A stretch of DNA of 64,000 nucleotides from Macrostomum hystrix. Taxonomy: Eukaryota; Animalia; Platyhelminthes. The translations under genes were made by a program, and so were the position numbers. Under the pieces are notes generated by a model. That model was not told where the DNA came from. It worked only from the letters and a program-made list of their open reading frames with translations, and did no database searches. This document shows positions 50,901 through 63,995 of this stretch, piece after piece (position 1 is the first letter of the stretch; the number at the start of each line of letters is the position of its first letter). The stretch lies in NCBI GenBank assembly GCA_950097015.1, contig CATNEN010000038.1:31992001-32056000 (forward strand). Direction: 5' to 3'.

Positions 50901-53900
50901 GCCATGATTCAAACTCTGTTTTAGCCATGATTCAAACTCTTGTTTAGCCATGATTCAGACTCTAGTTTAGCCATGATTCGAACTTTGGTTTAGCCGTGAT
51001 TTAAACTCTAGTTTAGCCATGCTGTTGATGAAGGTTTAGCCATGATTCAAACTCTTGTTGGCCATGATTCAAACTCTCGTTTAGCCATGATTCAGACCTT
51101 GTTTAGCCATGATTCAAACTCTGGTTTAGCCATGCTGATGATGATGGTTTAGCCATGATTCAAACCCTGGTGTAGCCATGATTTAGTCTCTGGTTTAGCC
51201 ATGATTCAAACTCTGGTTAAGCCATGATTCAGACGCTGGTTTAGCCATGATTCAAACTCTGGTTTAGCCATGATTCAGACTCTAGTTTAACCATGATTCA
51301 GACTCTAGTTTAGCCATGATTGAAACTCTGGTTTAGCCATGATTCAAACTCTAGTTTAGCCATGCTGATGATGATGGTTTAGCCATGATTCAGACTCTGG
51401 TTTAGCCATGATTCAAACCCTGGTGTAGCCATGATTTAGTCTCTGGTTTAGCCATGATTCAAACTCTGGTTTTTCCATGATTGAAACTCTGGTTTAGCAA
51501 TGATTCAAACTCTGGTTTTGCCATGATTCAAGATCTAGTTTAGCCATGATTCAGACTATGGTTAAGCCATGATTCAGACTCCAGTTTCTCCATGATTCAG
51601 GCTCTGTTTTAGCCATGATTCAAACTCTTGTTTAGCCATAATTCAGACTCTAGTTTAACTATGATTCAGACTCTAGTTTAGCCATGATTCAGACTCTAGT
51701 TTATCCATGATTCAAACTCTGGTTTAGCCATGATTCAAACTCTAGTCTAGCCATGCTGATGATGATGGTTTAGCCATGATTCAAACCCTGGTTTAGCCAT
51801 GATTTAGTCTCTGGTTTAGCCATGATTCAAACCCTGTTGTAGCCATGATTTAGTCTCTGGTTTAGCCATGATTCAAACTCTGGTTCTTCTATGTTTTAGA
51901 CTCTGGTTTAGCCATGATACAGAATCTAGTTTAGCCATGATTCAGACTCTAGTTTAGCCATGATCCAGACTCTGGTTTTGCCATGATTCAGACTCTGGTT
52001 TAGCCATGATTCAGACTCTAGTTTATCCATGATTCAAACTCTGGTTTAGCCATGATTCAAACTCTAGTCTAGCCATGCTGAGGATGATGGTTTAGCCATG
52101 ATTCAAACCCTGGTTTAGCCATGATTTAGTCTCTGGTTTAGCCATGATTCAAACCCTGTTGTAGCCATGATTTAGTCTCTGGTTTAGCCATGATTCAAAC
52201 TCTGGTTCTTCTATGTTTTAGACTCTGGTTTAGCCATGATTCAGAATCTAGTTTAGCCATGATTCAGACTCTGGTTTAGCCATGATTCAAACCCTGGTGT
52301 AGCCATGATTTAGTCTCTGGTTTAGCCATGATTCAGACTATGGTTTAGCCATGATTCAGACTCCAGTTTTACCATGATTCAAACTCTGGTTTAGCCTTGA
52401 TTCAAACTCGGGTTTAGCCTTCATTCAAACTCTGGTTTGGCCATGATTCGAACTCTGGTTGGCCATGATTCAAACTCTGTTTTAGCCATGATTCAAACTC
52501 TTGTTTAGCCATGATTCAGACTCTAGTTTAGCCATGATTCGAACTTTGGTTTAGCCGTGATTTAAACTCTAGTTTAGCCATGCTGTTGATGAAGGTTTAG
52601 CCATGATTCAAACTCTTGTTGGCCATGATTCAAACTCTCGTTTAGCCATGATTCAGACCTTGTTTAGCCATGATTCAAACTCTGGTTTAGCCATGCTGAT
52701 GATGATGGTTTAGCCATGATTCAAACCCTGGTGTAGCCATGATTTAGTCTCTGGTTTAGCCATGATTCAAACTCTGGTTAAGCCATGATTCAGACGCTGG
52801 TTTAGCCATGATTCAAACTCTGGTTTAGCCATGATTCAGACTCTAGTTTAACCATGATTCAGACTCTAGTTTAGCCATGATTGAAACTCTGGTTTAGCCA
52901 TGATTCAAACTCTAGTTTAGCCATGCTGATGATGATGGTTTAGCCATGATTCAGACTCTGGTTTAGCCATGATTCAAACCCTGGTGTAGCCATGATTTAG
53001 TCTCTGGTTTAGCCATGATTCAAACTCTGGTTTTTCCATGATTGAAACTCTGGTTTAGCAATGATTCAAACTCTGGTTTTGCCATGATTCAAGATCTAGT
53101 TTAGCCATGATTCAGACTATGGTTAAGCCATGATTCAGACTCCAGTTTCTCCATGATTCAGGCTCTGTTTTAGCCATGATTCAAACTCTTGTTTAGCCAT
53201 AATTCAGACTCTAGTTTAACTATGATTCAGACTCTAGTTTAGCCATGATTCAGACTCTAGTTTATCCATGATTCAAACTCTGGTTTAGCCATGATTCAAA
53301 CTCTAGTCTAGCCATGCTGATGATGATGGTTTAGCCATGATTCAAACCCTGGTTTAGCCATGATTTAGTCTCTGGTTTAGCCATGATTCAAACCCTGTTG
53401 TAGCCATGATTTAGTCTCTGGTTTAGCCATGATTCAAACTCTGGTTCTTCTATGTTTTAGACTCTGGTTTAGCCATGATTCAGAATCTAGTTTAGCCATG
53501 ATTCAGACTCTGGTTTAGCCATGATTCAAACCCTGGTGTAGCCATGATTTAGTCTCTGGTTTAGCCATGATTTAGACTATGGTTTAGCCATGATTCAGAC
53601 TCCAGTTTTACCATGATTCAAACTCTGGTTTAGCCTTGATTCAAACTCGGGTTAAGCCTTCATTCAAACTCTGGTTTAGCCATGATTCGAACTCTGGTTG
53701 GCCATGATTCAAACTCTTGTTTAGCCATGATTCAGACTCTAGTTTAGCCATGATTCGAACTTTGGTTTAGCCGTGATTTAAACTCTAGTTTAGCCATGCT
53801 GTTGATGAAGGTTTAGCCATGATTCAAACTCTTGTTGGCCATGATTCAAACTCTCGTTTAGCCATGATTCAGACCTTGTTTAGCCATGATTCAAACTCTG

Positions 53901-56850
53901 GTTTAGCCATGCTGATGATGATGGTTTAGCCATGATTCAAACCCTGGTGTAGCCATGATTTAGTCTCTGGTTTAGCCATGATTCAAACTCTGGTTAAGCC
54001 ATGATTCAGACGCTGGTTTAGCCATGATTCAAACTCTGGTTTAGCCATGATTCAGACTCTAGTTTAACCATGATTCAGACTCTAGTTTAGCCATGATTGA
54101 AACTCTGGTTTAGCCATGATTCAAACTCTAGTTTAGCCATGCTGATGATGATGGTTTAGCCATGATTCAGACTCTGGTTTAGCCATGATTCAAACCCTGG
54201 TGTAGCCATGATTTAGTCTCTGGTTTAGCCATGATTCAAACTCTGTTTTAGCCATGATTCAAACTCTTGTTTAGCCATGATTCAGACTCTAGTTTAGCCA
54301 TGATTCAGACTCTGGTTTAGCCGTGATTCAAACTCTGGTTTAGCCATGATTCAAACTCTGGTTTAGCCATGCTGATGATGAAGGTTTAGGCATGATTCAA
54401 ACTCTGGTTTAGCCATGATTCAAACTCTTGTTGGCCATGATTCAAACTCTCGTTTAGCCATGATTCAAACTCTAGTTTAGCCATGATTCAGACTCTAGTT
54501 TGGCCATGATCCAGACTCTGGTTTTGCCATGATTCAGACTCTGGTTTAGCCATGATTCAGACTCTAGTTTATCCATGATTCAAACTCTGGTTTAGCCATG
54601 ATTCAAACTCTAGTTTAGCCATGCTGATGATGATGGTTTAGCCATGATTCAAACCCTGGTGTAGCCATGATTCAAACCCTGGTGTAGCCATGATTTAGTC
54701 TCTGGTTTAGCCATGATTCAAACCCTGTTGTAGCCATGATTTAGTCTCTGGTTTAGCCATGATTCAAACTCTGGTTCTTCTATGTTTTAGACTCTTGATT
54801 AGCCATGATACAGAATCTAGTTTAGCCATGATTCAGACTCTAGTTTAGCCATGATCCAGACTCTGGTTTTGCCATGATTCAGACTCTGGTTTAGCCATGA
54901 TTCAGACTCTAGTTTATCCATGATTCAAACTCTGGTTTAGCCATGATTCAAACTCTAGTCTAGCCATGCTGAGGATGATGGTTTAGCCATGATTCAAACC
55001 CTGGTTTAGCCATGATTTAGTCTCTGGTTTAGCCATGATTCAAACCCTGTTGTAGCCATGATTTAGTCTCTGGTTTAGCCATGATTCAAACTCTGGTTCT
55101 TCTATGTTTTAGACTCTGGTTTAGCCATGATTCAGAATCTAGTTTAGCCATGATTCAGACTCTGGTTTAGCCATGATTCAAACCCTGGTGTAGCCATGAT
55201 TTAGTCTCTGGTTTAGCCATGATTCAGACTCTGGTTTAGCCATGATTCAAACCCTGGTGTAGCCATGATTTAGTCTCTGGTTTAGCCATGATTCAGACTA
55301 TGGTTTAGCCATGATTCAGACTCCAGTTTTACCATGATTCAAACTCTGGTTTAGCCTTGATTCAAACTCGGGTTAAGCCTTCATTCAAACTCTGGTTTAG
55401 CCATGATTCGAACTCTGGTTGGCCATGATTCAAACTCTGTTTTAGCCATGATTCAAACTCTTGTTTAGCCATGATTCAGACTCTAGTTTAGCCATGATTC
55501 GAACTTTGGTTTAGCCGTGATTTAAACTCTAGTTTAGCCATGCTGTTGATGAAGGTTTAGCCATGATTCAAACTCTTGTTGGCCATGATTCAAACTCTCG
55601 TTTAGCCATGATTCAGACCTTGTTTAGCCATGATTCAAACTCTGGTTTAGCCATGCTGATGATGATGGTTTAGCCATGATTCAAACCCTGGTGTAGCCAT
55701 GATTTAGTCTCTGGTTTAGCCATGATTCAAACTCTGGTTTAGCCATGATTCAGACTCTAGTTTAACCATGATTCAGACTCTAGTTTAGCCATGATTGAAA
55801 CTCTGGTTTAGCCATGATTCAAACTCTAGTTTAGCCATGCTGATGATGATGGTTTAGCCATGATTCAGACTCTGGTTTAGCCATGATTCAAACCCTGGTG
55901 TAGCCATGATTTAGTCTCTGGTTTAGCCATGATTCAAACTCTGGTTTAGCAATGATTCAAACTCTGGTTTTGCCATGATTCAAGATCTAGTTTAGCCATG
56001 ATTCAGACTATGGTTAAGCCATGATTCAGACTCCAGTTTCTCCATGATTCAGGCTCTGTTTTAGCCATGATTCAAACTCTTGTTTAGTCATTATTCAGAC
56101 TCTAGTTTAGCCATGATTCGAACTTTGGTTTAGCCGTGATTTAAACTCTAGTTTAGCCATGCTATTGATGAAGGTTTAGCCATGATTCAAACTCTCGTTT
56201 AGCCATGATTCAAACTCTGGTTTAGCCATGATTCAGACGCTGGTTTAGCCATGATTCAAACTCTGGTTTAGCCATGATTCAAACTCTGGTTTAGCCATGA
56301 TTCAGACGCTGGTTTAGCCATGATTCAGACGCTGGTTTAGCTATGGTTCAGACGCTGGTTTAGCCATGATTCAGATGCTGGTTTAGCTATGGTTCAGACG
56401 CTGGTTTAGCCATGATTGAGACTATGGTTTAGCCATGATTCAAACTCTGGTTTAGCCATGATTCAAACTCTGGTTTAGCCATGATTCAAACTCTGGTTTA
56501 GCCATGATTCAGACGCTGGTTTAGCCATGATTCAGACGCTGGTTTAGCTATGGTTCAGACGCTGGTTTAGCCATGATTCAGACGCTGGTTTAGCTATGGT
56601 TCAGACGCTGGTTTAGCCATGATTCAGACTATGGTTTAGCCATGATTCAGACTCTGGTTTGGCCATGATTCAGACTATGGTTTAGCCATGATTCAGACTC
56701 TGGTTTAGCCATGATTCAGACGCTTGTTAAGCCATGATTCAGACTCTGGTTTAGCAATGATTCAGACGCTTGTTTAGCCATGATTCAGACTCTGGTTTAG
56801 CCATGATTCAGACGCTGGTTTAGCCATAATTCAGACAGTGGTTTTGCTAT
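26990..56850. repeat. ~30 kb array of the 23-nt satellite TTAGCCATGATTCA(A/G)ACTCT(G/A)GT with higher-order blocks
   Basis: Continuous tandem units with recurring diagnostic variants. Confidence 0.97.
28630..28836 (+). mobile_element. Solo LTR, copy 3
   Basis: Same LTR with two substitutions, same GCAAT TSD and satellite flanks. Confidence 0.93.
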
Positions 56851-56948
56851 GCAAAAGTGAATTAAAAGTTTCCCATTTTTTTTAAAATTAAAAAAAAATT
56901 TATCGCTTCGCATCCATCACTACTGACTGACAATTAGTTTAAATGATT

Positions 56949-57033
56949 TGACGCAGTGCAGAGTCGAACCAGGGACACTTCGCCTAGCCTAGCCTAACCT
57001 ATTCCTAGTGCCTACACATCGGCTATTCCGACT
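56949..57033 (-). other. tRNA-derived (SINE-head-like) Pol III cassette, copy 1
   Basis: Minus strand GTCGGAATAGCCGATGTGTAGG (A-box-like) ... GGTTCGACTC (B box); no intact cloverleaf. Confidence 0.5.
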
Positions 57034-57444
57034 GTTGGTTAGTGGGTGCAGAAATCAGCCTAATAAAATGAATTTTCTAAGTTCTGGCTTTGTACAATGA
57101 AGTGAGAAAATAGAGTACACTCAGTCTCGCGGTTGGTTGTGTACATTTATTTCCAATTTGTCTCCAGAGTGCAGGCTTTAGATTCAATCAGCTAGGGGTT
57201 GTTGCGCAATTTGACGATGCAATTCTAATTCAGTGGCAGTCAGTGAATGAAATTCTCAATGGGCCAAGATAGTTTGACCTTTGAAAAGGTCAAAAAACAT
57301 TTTTTTCGAATATTTAATCCCCTTAGCAATAAAGTTAAGCTTAATAAAAATACGTGTAAAATTGTCCTTAAATTTGGCATCTTTTGGTGAAGAAATGGTG
57401 AAAATCGGTTGAGCCGTTCGGGAAAAAATCAATTACAACCAACC

Positions 57445-57468
57445 AACCAACCAACCAAGCAAGCAAGC
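57445..57468. repeat. (CAAC)n(CAAG)n microsatellite near the Helitron 5' end (starts ~57435; also ~62052-62085)
   Basis: Visible directly. Confidence 0.85.
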
Positions 57469-57583
57469 ATTTCATTTTAAGTATAGTGGACTAGTAAGTT
57501 TTGCCCCCCTTCGGGGAGCAGAAATACTTTTAATTCGTCTAGCATATACTTTTTAGCAGCTCAATTTACAGACTTTTATAGCA

Positions 57584-60405
57584 ACAATGATCCCCTAGTT
57601 GATGATGATCCCCTAGTTGACAATTATCCCCCAGTTGACAATGATCCCCCAGTTGACAATGAACCCCCAGTTGACAATGAACCCCCAGTTGACAATGATC
57701 CCCCAGTTGACAATGATCCCCCAGTTGACAATGATCCCCTAGTTGACAATGATCCCACAGTTGACAATGATCCCCCAGTTGACAAGGATCCCCCGGTTGA
57801 TGATGATCCCCCAGTTGATGATGATCCCCCAGTTGAAAATGATCCCCCATGCAGTTGACAATGATCCCCCAGTTGACAATGATCCCCCAGTTGACAATGA
57901 TCCCCAAGTTAACAAAGATCCCCCAGTTCACAATGATCCCCCAGTTGATGATGACTCCCCATTGATGATGATCCCCAGTTAACAATGTTCCTCCAGTTGA
58001 CAATGTTCCCCCAGTTGACAATGATCCCCCAGTTTATGATGATCCCCCAGTTGAAAATGATCCCCCAGTTAAAAATGATCCCCCAGTTGACAATGATCCC
58101 CCAGTTGACAATGATCCCGCCCGTTGACAATGATCCCACAGTTGACAATGATCCCCCAGTTGAAAATGATCCCCCAGTTCACAATGATCCCCCAGTTGAT
58201 GATGATCCCCCAGTTGACAATGATCCCGCCCGTTGACAATGATCCCACAGTTGACAATGATCCCCCAGTTGAAAATGATCCCCCAGTTCACAATGATCCC
58301 CCAGTTGATGATGATCCCCCAGTTGATGATGATCCCCCAGTTGAAAATGATCCCCCAGTTGACAATGATCCCCCAGTTGACAATGATCCCCCAGTTCACA
58401 ATGATCCCCCAGTTAACAAAGATCCCCAAGTTCACAATGATCCCCCAGTTGATGATGACTCCCCATTGATGATGATCCCCAGTTAACAATGTTCCTCCAG
58501 TTGACAATGTTCCCGCCCGTTGACAATGATCCCACAGTTGACAATGATCCCCCAGTTGACAATGATCCCCCAGTTGACAATGATCCCGCCCGTTGACAAT
58601 GATCCCACAGTTGACAAGGAACCCCCAGTTGACAATGAACCCCCAGTTGACAATGAACCCCCAGTTGACAATGATCTCCCAGTTGACAATGATCCCCCAG
58701 TTGACAATGATCCCCCAGTTGACAATGATCCCCCAGTTGATAATGATCCCCCAGTTGACAATGAACCCCCAGTTGACAATGATCCCCCAGTTGACAATGA
58801 TCCCCCAGTTGACAATGATCCCCCAGTTGACAATGAACCCCAGTTGACAACGATCCCCCAGTTGACAATGATCCCCCAGTTGACAATGATCCCGCCCGTT
58901 GACAATGATCCCACAGTTGACAATGAACCCCCAGTTGACAATGAACCCCCAGTTGACAATGAACCCCCAGTTGACAATGATTCCCCAGTTGACAATGTTC
59001 CCCCAGTTGACAATGATCCCCCAATTGATGATGATCACCCAGTTGACAATGATCCCCCAGTTGACAATGATCCCACAGTTTACAATGATCCCCAGTTGAC
59101 AATGATCCCCCAGTTGACAATGATTCCCCAGTTGACAATGATCCCCCAGTTGACAATGATCCCCCAGTTGACAATGATCCCCCAGTTGACAATGATTCCC
59201 CAGTTGACAATGATTCCCCAGTTGACAATGTTCCCCAGTTGACAATGATCCCCCAGTTGATGATGATCACCCAGTTGACAATGATCCCCCAGTTGACAAT
59301 GATCCCCCAGTTGACAATGATCCTACAGTTTACAATGATCCCCAGTTGACAATGATCCCCCAGTTGACAATGATTCCCCAGTTGACAATGATCCCCCAGT
59401 TGACAATGATCCCCCAGTTGACAATGATCCCCCAGTTGACAATGATTCCCCAGTTGACAATGATTCCCCAGTTGACAATGTTCCCCCAGTTGACAATGAT
59501 CCCCCAATTGATAATGATCACCCAGTTGACAATGATCCCCCAGTTGATGATGACTCCCCATTGATGAAGATCCCCAGTTGACAATGTTCCCCCAGTTGAC
59601 AATGATCCCCCAGTTGATTATGATCACCCAGTTGACAATAATGACCCAGTTTACAATGATCCCCCAGTTGACAATGATCCCACAGTTGACAATGATCCCC
59701 CAGTTGATGATGATCCCCCAGTTGACAATGATCCACCAGTTGACAATGATCCCCCAGTCGACAATGATTCCCCAGTTGACAATGTTCCCCCAGTTGACAA
59801 TGATCCCCCAGTTGATGATGATCCCCCAGTTGACAATGATCCACCAGTCGAGAATGATTCCCCAGTTGACAATGATCCCCCAATTGATGATGATCACCCA
59901 GTTGATGATGACTCCCCATTGATGAAGATCCCCAGTTGACAATGTTCCCCCAGTTGACAATGATCCCTCAGTTGACAATCATCCCCCAGTTGACAATAAT
60001 TCCCCAGTTTACAATGATTCCCCAGTTGACAATTATCCCCCAGTTGACAGTTGTCCCCAAGTTGACAATGATCCCCCAGTTGACAATGATTCCCCTGTTG
60101 ATAATGATCACCCAGTTGACAATGATCACCCAGTTGACAATGATCCCCCAGTTCACAGTGATCCCCCAGATGATAAGGAACCTCCAGTTGACAATGATCC
60201 CCCAGTGTACCATGATCCCCCAGTTGACGATTATCCCCCCAGTTTAACATGATCCCCTATTTGATGATGATTCCCCAGTTGACAATTATCTCCCAGTTGA
60301 CAATGATCCTCCAGTTGACAATGATCCTCCAGTTGACAATAATCCCCCAGTTTACCATGATCCCCAATTTGATGATGACTCCCAAGCTGACAATGTTCCC
60401 CAGTT
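57584..60405. repeat. 18-nt minisatellite in unit 2
   Basis: Tandem CCCCCAGTTGACAATGAT. Confidence 0.95.
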
Positions 60406-60467
60406 GAATTTTTATATTAGCTGCTTTTTCAGAAAATTGATAAGAACAACATACAAGCGTAGCTCAG

Positions 60468-61466
60468 GTTTAGCCATGATTCAAACTCTGGCTTAGCCAT
60501 GATTCAAACACTGGTTTAGCCATGATTCAAACTCTGGTTTAGCCATGATTCAAACTCTGGTTTAGCCATGATTCAAACTCTGGTTTAGCCATGATTCAAA
60601 CTCTGGTTTAGCCATGATTCAAACTCTGGTTTAGCCAGGATTGAAATTCTGGTTTAGCCATGATTCAAACTCTGGTTTAGCCATGATTCAAACTCTGGTT
60701 TAGCCATGATTCAGACGCTGGTTTAGCCATGATTCAGACGCTGGTTTAGCCATGATTCAGACGCTGGTTTAGCCATGATTCAAACTCTGGTTTAGCCATG
60801 ATTCAAACTCTGGTTTAGCCATGATTCAAACTCTGGTTTAGCCATGATTCAGACGCTGGTTTAGCCATGATTCAAACTCTGGTTTAGCCATGATTCAAAC
60901 TCTGGTTTAGCCATGATTCAGACGCTGGTTTAGCCATGATTCAGACGCTGGTTTAGCTATGGTTCAGACGCTGGTTTAGCCATGATTCAGATGCTGGTTT
61001 AGCTATGGTTCAGACGCTGGTTTAGCCATGATTGAGACTATGGTTTAGCCATGATTCAAACTCTGGTTTAGCCATGATTCAAACTCTGGTTTAGCCATGA
61101 TTCAAACTCTGGTTTAGCCATGATTCAGACGCTGGTTTAGCCATGATTCAGACGCTGGTTTAGCTATGGTTCAGACGCTGGTTTAGCCATGATTCAGACG
61201 CTGGTTTAGCTATGGTTCAGACGCTGGTTTAGCCATGATTCAGACTATGGTTTAGCCATGATTCAGACTCTGGTTTGGCCATGATTCAGACTATGGTTTA
61301 GCCATGATTCAGACTCTGGTTTAGCCATGATTCAGACGCTTGTTAAGCCATGATTCAGACTCTGGTTTAGCAATGATTCAGACGCTTGTTTAGCCATGAT
61401 TCAGACTCTGGTTTAGCCATGATTCAGACGCTGGTTTAGCCATAATTCAGACAGTGGTTTTGCTAT
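60468..61466. repeat. 23-nt satellite in unit 2
   Basis: Tandem units. Confidence 0.95.
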
Positions 61467-61564
61467 GCAAAAGTGAATTAAAAGTTTCCCATTTTTTTTA
61501 AAATTAAAAAAAAATTTATCGCTTCGCATCCATCACTACTGACTGACAATTAGTTTAAATGATT

Positions 61565-61649
61565 TGACGCAGTGCAGAGTCGAACCAGGGACACTTCGCC
61601 TAGCCTAGCCTAACCTATTCCTAGTGCCTACACATCGGCTATTCCGACT
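61565..61649 (-). other. tRNA-derived Pol III cassette, copy 2
   Basis: Identical to 56949-57033. Confidence 0.5.
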
Positions 61650-62199
61650 GTTGGTTAGTGGGTGCAGAAATCAGCCTAATAAAATGAATTTTCTAAGTTC
61701 TGGCTTTGTACAATGAAGTGAGAAAATAGAGTACACTCAGTCTCGCGGTTGGTTGTGTACATTTATTTCCAATTTGTCTCCAGAGTGCAGGCTTTAGATT
61801 CAATCAGCTAGGGGTTGTTGCGCAATTTGACGATGCAATTCTAATTCAGTGGCAGTCAGTGAATGAAATTCTCAATGGGCCAAGATAGTTTGACCTTTAA
61901 AAAGGTCAAAAAACATTTTTTTCGAATATTTAATCCCCTTAGCAATAAAGTTAAGCTTAATAAAAATACGTGTAAAATTGTCCTTAAATTTGGCATCTTT
62001 TGGTGAAGAAATGGTGAAAATCGGTTGAGCCGTTCGGGAAAAAATCAATTACAACCAACCAACCAACCAACCAAGCAAGCAAGCATTTCATTTTAAGTAT
62101 AGTGGACTAGTAAGTTTTGCCCCCCTTCGGGGAGCAGAAATACTTTTAATTCGTCTAGCATATACTTTTTAGCAGCTCAATTTACAGACTTTTATAGCA

Positions 62200-63300
62200 A
62201 CAATGATCCCCTAGTTGATGATGATCCCCTAGTTGACAATTATCCCCCAGTTGACAATGATCCCCCAGTTGACAATGAACCCCCAGTTGACAATGAACCC
62301 CCAGTTGACAATGATCCCCCAGTTGACAATGATCCCCCAGTTGACAATGATCCCCTAGTTGACAATGATCCCACAGTTGACAATGATCCCCCAGTTGACA
62401 AGGATCCCCCGGTTGATGATGATCCCCCAGTTGATGATGATCCCCCAGTTGAAAATGATCCCCCATGCAGTTGACAATGATCCCCCAGTTGACAATGATC
62501 CCCCAGTTGACAATGATCCCCAAGTTAACAAAGATCCCCCAGTTCACAATGATCCCCCAGTTGATGATGACTCCCCATTGATGATGATCCCCAGTTAACA
62601 ATGTTCCTCCAGTTGACAATGTTCCCCCAGTTGACAATGATCCCCCAGTTTATGATGATCCCCCAGTTGAAAATGATCCCCCAGTTAAAAATGATCCCCC
62701 AGTTGACAATGATCCCCCAGTTGACAATGATCCCCCAGTTGACAATGATCCCCCAGTTGACAATGAACCCCAGTTGACAACGATCCCCCAGTTGACAATG
62801 ATCCCCCAGTTGACAATGATCCCGCCCGTTGACAATGATCCCACAGTTGACAATGAACCCCCAGTTGACAATGAACCCCCAGTTGACAATGAACCCCCAG
62901 TTGACAATGATCCCCCAGTTGACAATGATCCCCCAGTTGACAATGATCCCCCAGTTGGCAATGATCCCCCAGTTGACAATGATCCCCCAGTTGACAATGA
63001 TCCCCCAGTTGACAATGATCCCACAGTTGACAATGATCCCCCAGTTGACAATGATCCCCCAGTTCACAATGATCCCCCAGTTGATGATGATCCCCCAGTT
63101 GACAATGATCCCCCAGTTGACAATTATCCCCCAGTTTACCATGATCCCCCAGTTGACGATTATCCCCCAGTTGACCATTACCCCCTAGTTGACAATGATC
63201 CCCCAGTTGACAATTATCCCCCAGTTTACCATGATCCCCCAGTTGACGATTATCCCCCAGTTCACCATGATCCCCATTTTGATGATGACTCCCCAGTTGA
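62200..63300. repeat. 18-nt minisatellite in unit 3
   Basis: Tandem units. Confidence 0.95.
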
Positions 63301-63309
63301 CGTTGATTT

Positions 63310-63812
63310 TTCAAACGCTGGGTTAGCCAAGATTCAAACTCAGGTTTCGCCATGTTTTAAACCCTGGTGGGCTATGATTCAAACTCTGGTTTAGCCATGA
63401 TTCAAACTCTGGTTTAGCCATGATTCAAACTCTGGTTTAGCCATGATTCAAACGCTGGGTTAGCCATTATTGAAACTCGGTTTTTGCCATGATTCAAACT
63501 CTGGTTTAGCCATGATTCAAACGCTGGGTTAGCCATGATTCAAACTCTGGTTTAGCCATGATTCAGACGCTGGGTTAGACATGATTGAAACTCTGGTTTA
63601 GCCATGATTCAAACTCTAGTTGGCTATGATTTCAAACTCTGGTTTAGCCATGATTCAAACTCTGGTTTAGCCATGATTCAAACTCTGGTTTAGCCATGAT
63701 TCAAACTCTGGTTTAGCCATGATTGAAACTCTGGTTTAGCCATGATTCAAACTCTGGTTTAGCCATGATTCAGACGCTGGTTTAGCCATAATTCAGACAG
63801 TGGTTTTGCTAT
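63310..63812. repeat. 23-nt satellite in unit 3
   Basis: Tandem units. Confidence 0.95.
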
Positions 63813-63910
63813 GCAAAAGTGAATTAAAAGTTTCCCATTTTTTTTAAAATTAAAAAAAAATTTATCGCTTCGCATCCATCACTACTGACTGACAATTAGT
63901 TTAAATGATT

Positions 63911-63995
63911 TGACGCAGTGCAGAGTCGAACCAGGGACACTTCGCCTAGCCTAGCCTAACCTATTCCTAGTGCCTACACATCGGCTATTCCGACT
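63911..63995 (-). other. tRNA-derived Pol III cassette, copy 3
   Basis: Identical to 56949-57033. Confidence 0.5.

Larger units (their letters stand above)
19282..57490 (-). mobile_element. Helitron-like unit 1 (~38 kb; satellite-expanded, internally rearranged, with nested LTR element)
   Basis: Begins with the same hairpin and ~90-nt segment as units 2 and 3, and ends with the same ~650-nt unique segment and 5'-TC terminus; the CTAG beside the left hairpin is absent. Confidence 0.6.
57491..62106 (-). mobile_element. Helitron-like unit 2, complete, 4616 bp, non-autonomous
   Basis: Minus strand starts TCCACTATAC and ends TGCTCCCCGAAGGGGGGCA-AAACTTA-CTAG; subterminal tetranucleotide microsatellite; no RepHel ORF. 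Confidence 0.8.

Noticed and set aside
26990-56850. CRISPR-like appearance (constant TAGCCATG with a variable core)
   Set aside because: Cores are short recurring variants of one monomer rather than unique spacers; no cas genes; eukaryotic context
56949-57033. Functional tRNA gene
   Set aside because: No acceptor stem or anticodon arm can be formed; kept only as a tRNA-derived cassette
57566-63394. Many ORFs with 6-aa repeats (WGIIVN, LGDHCQ, PPVDND, MIPQLT), also at 19339-20016
   Set aside because: The 18-nt consensus unit lacks stops in most frames; frequent frame-breaking indels show no coding constraint
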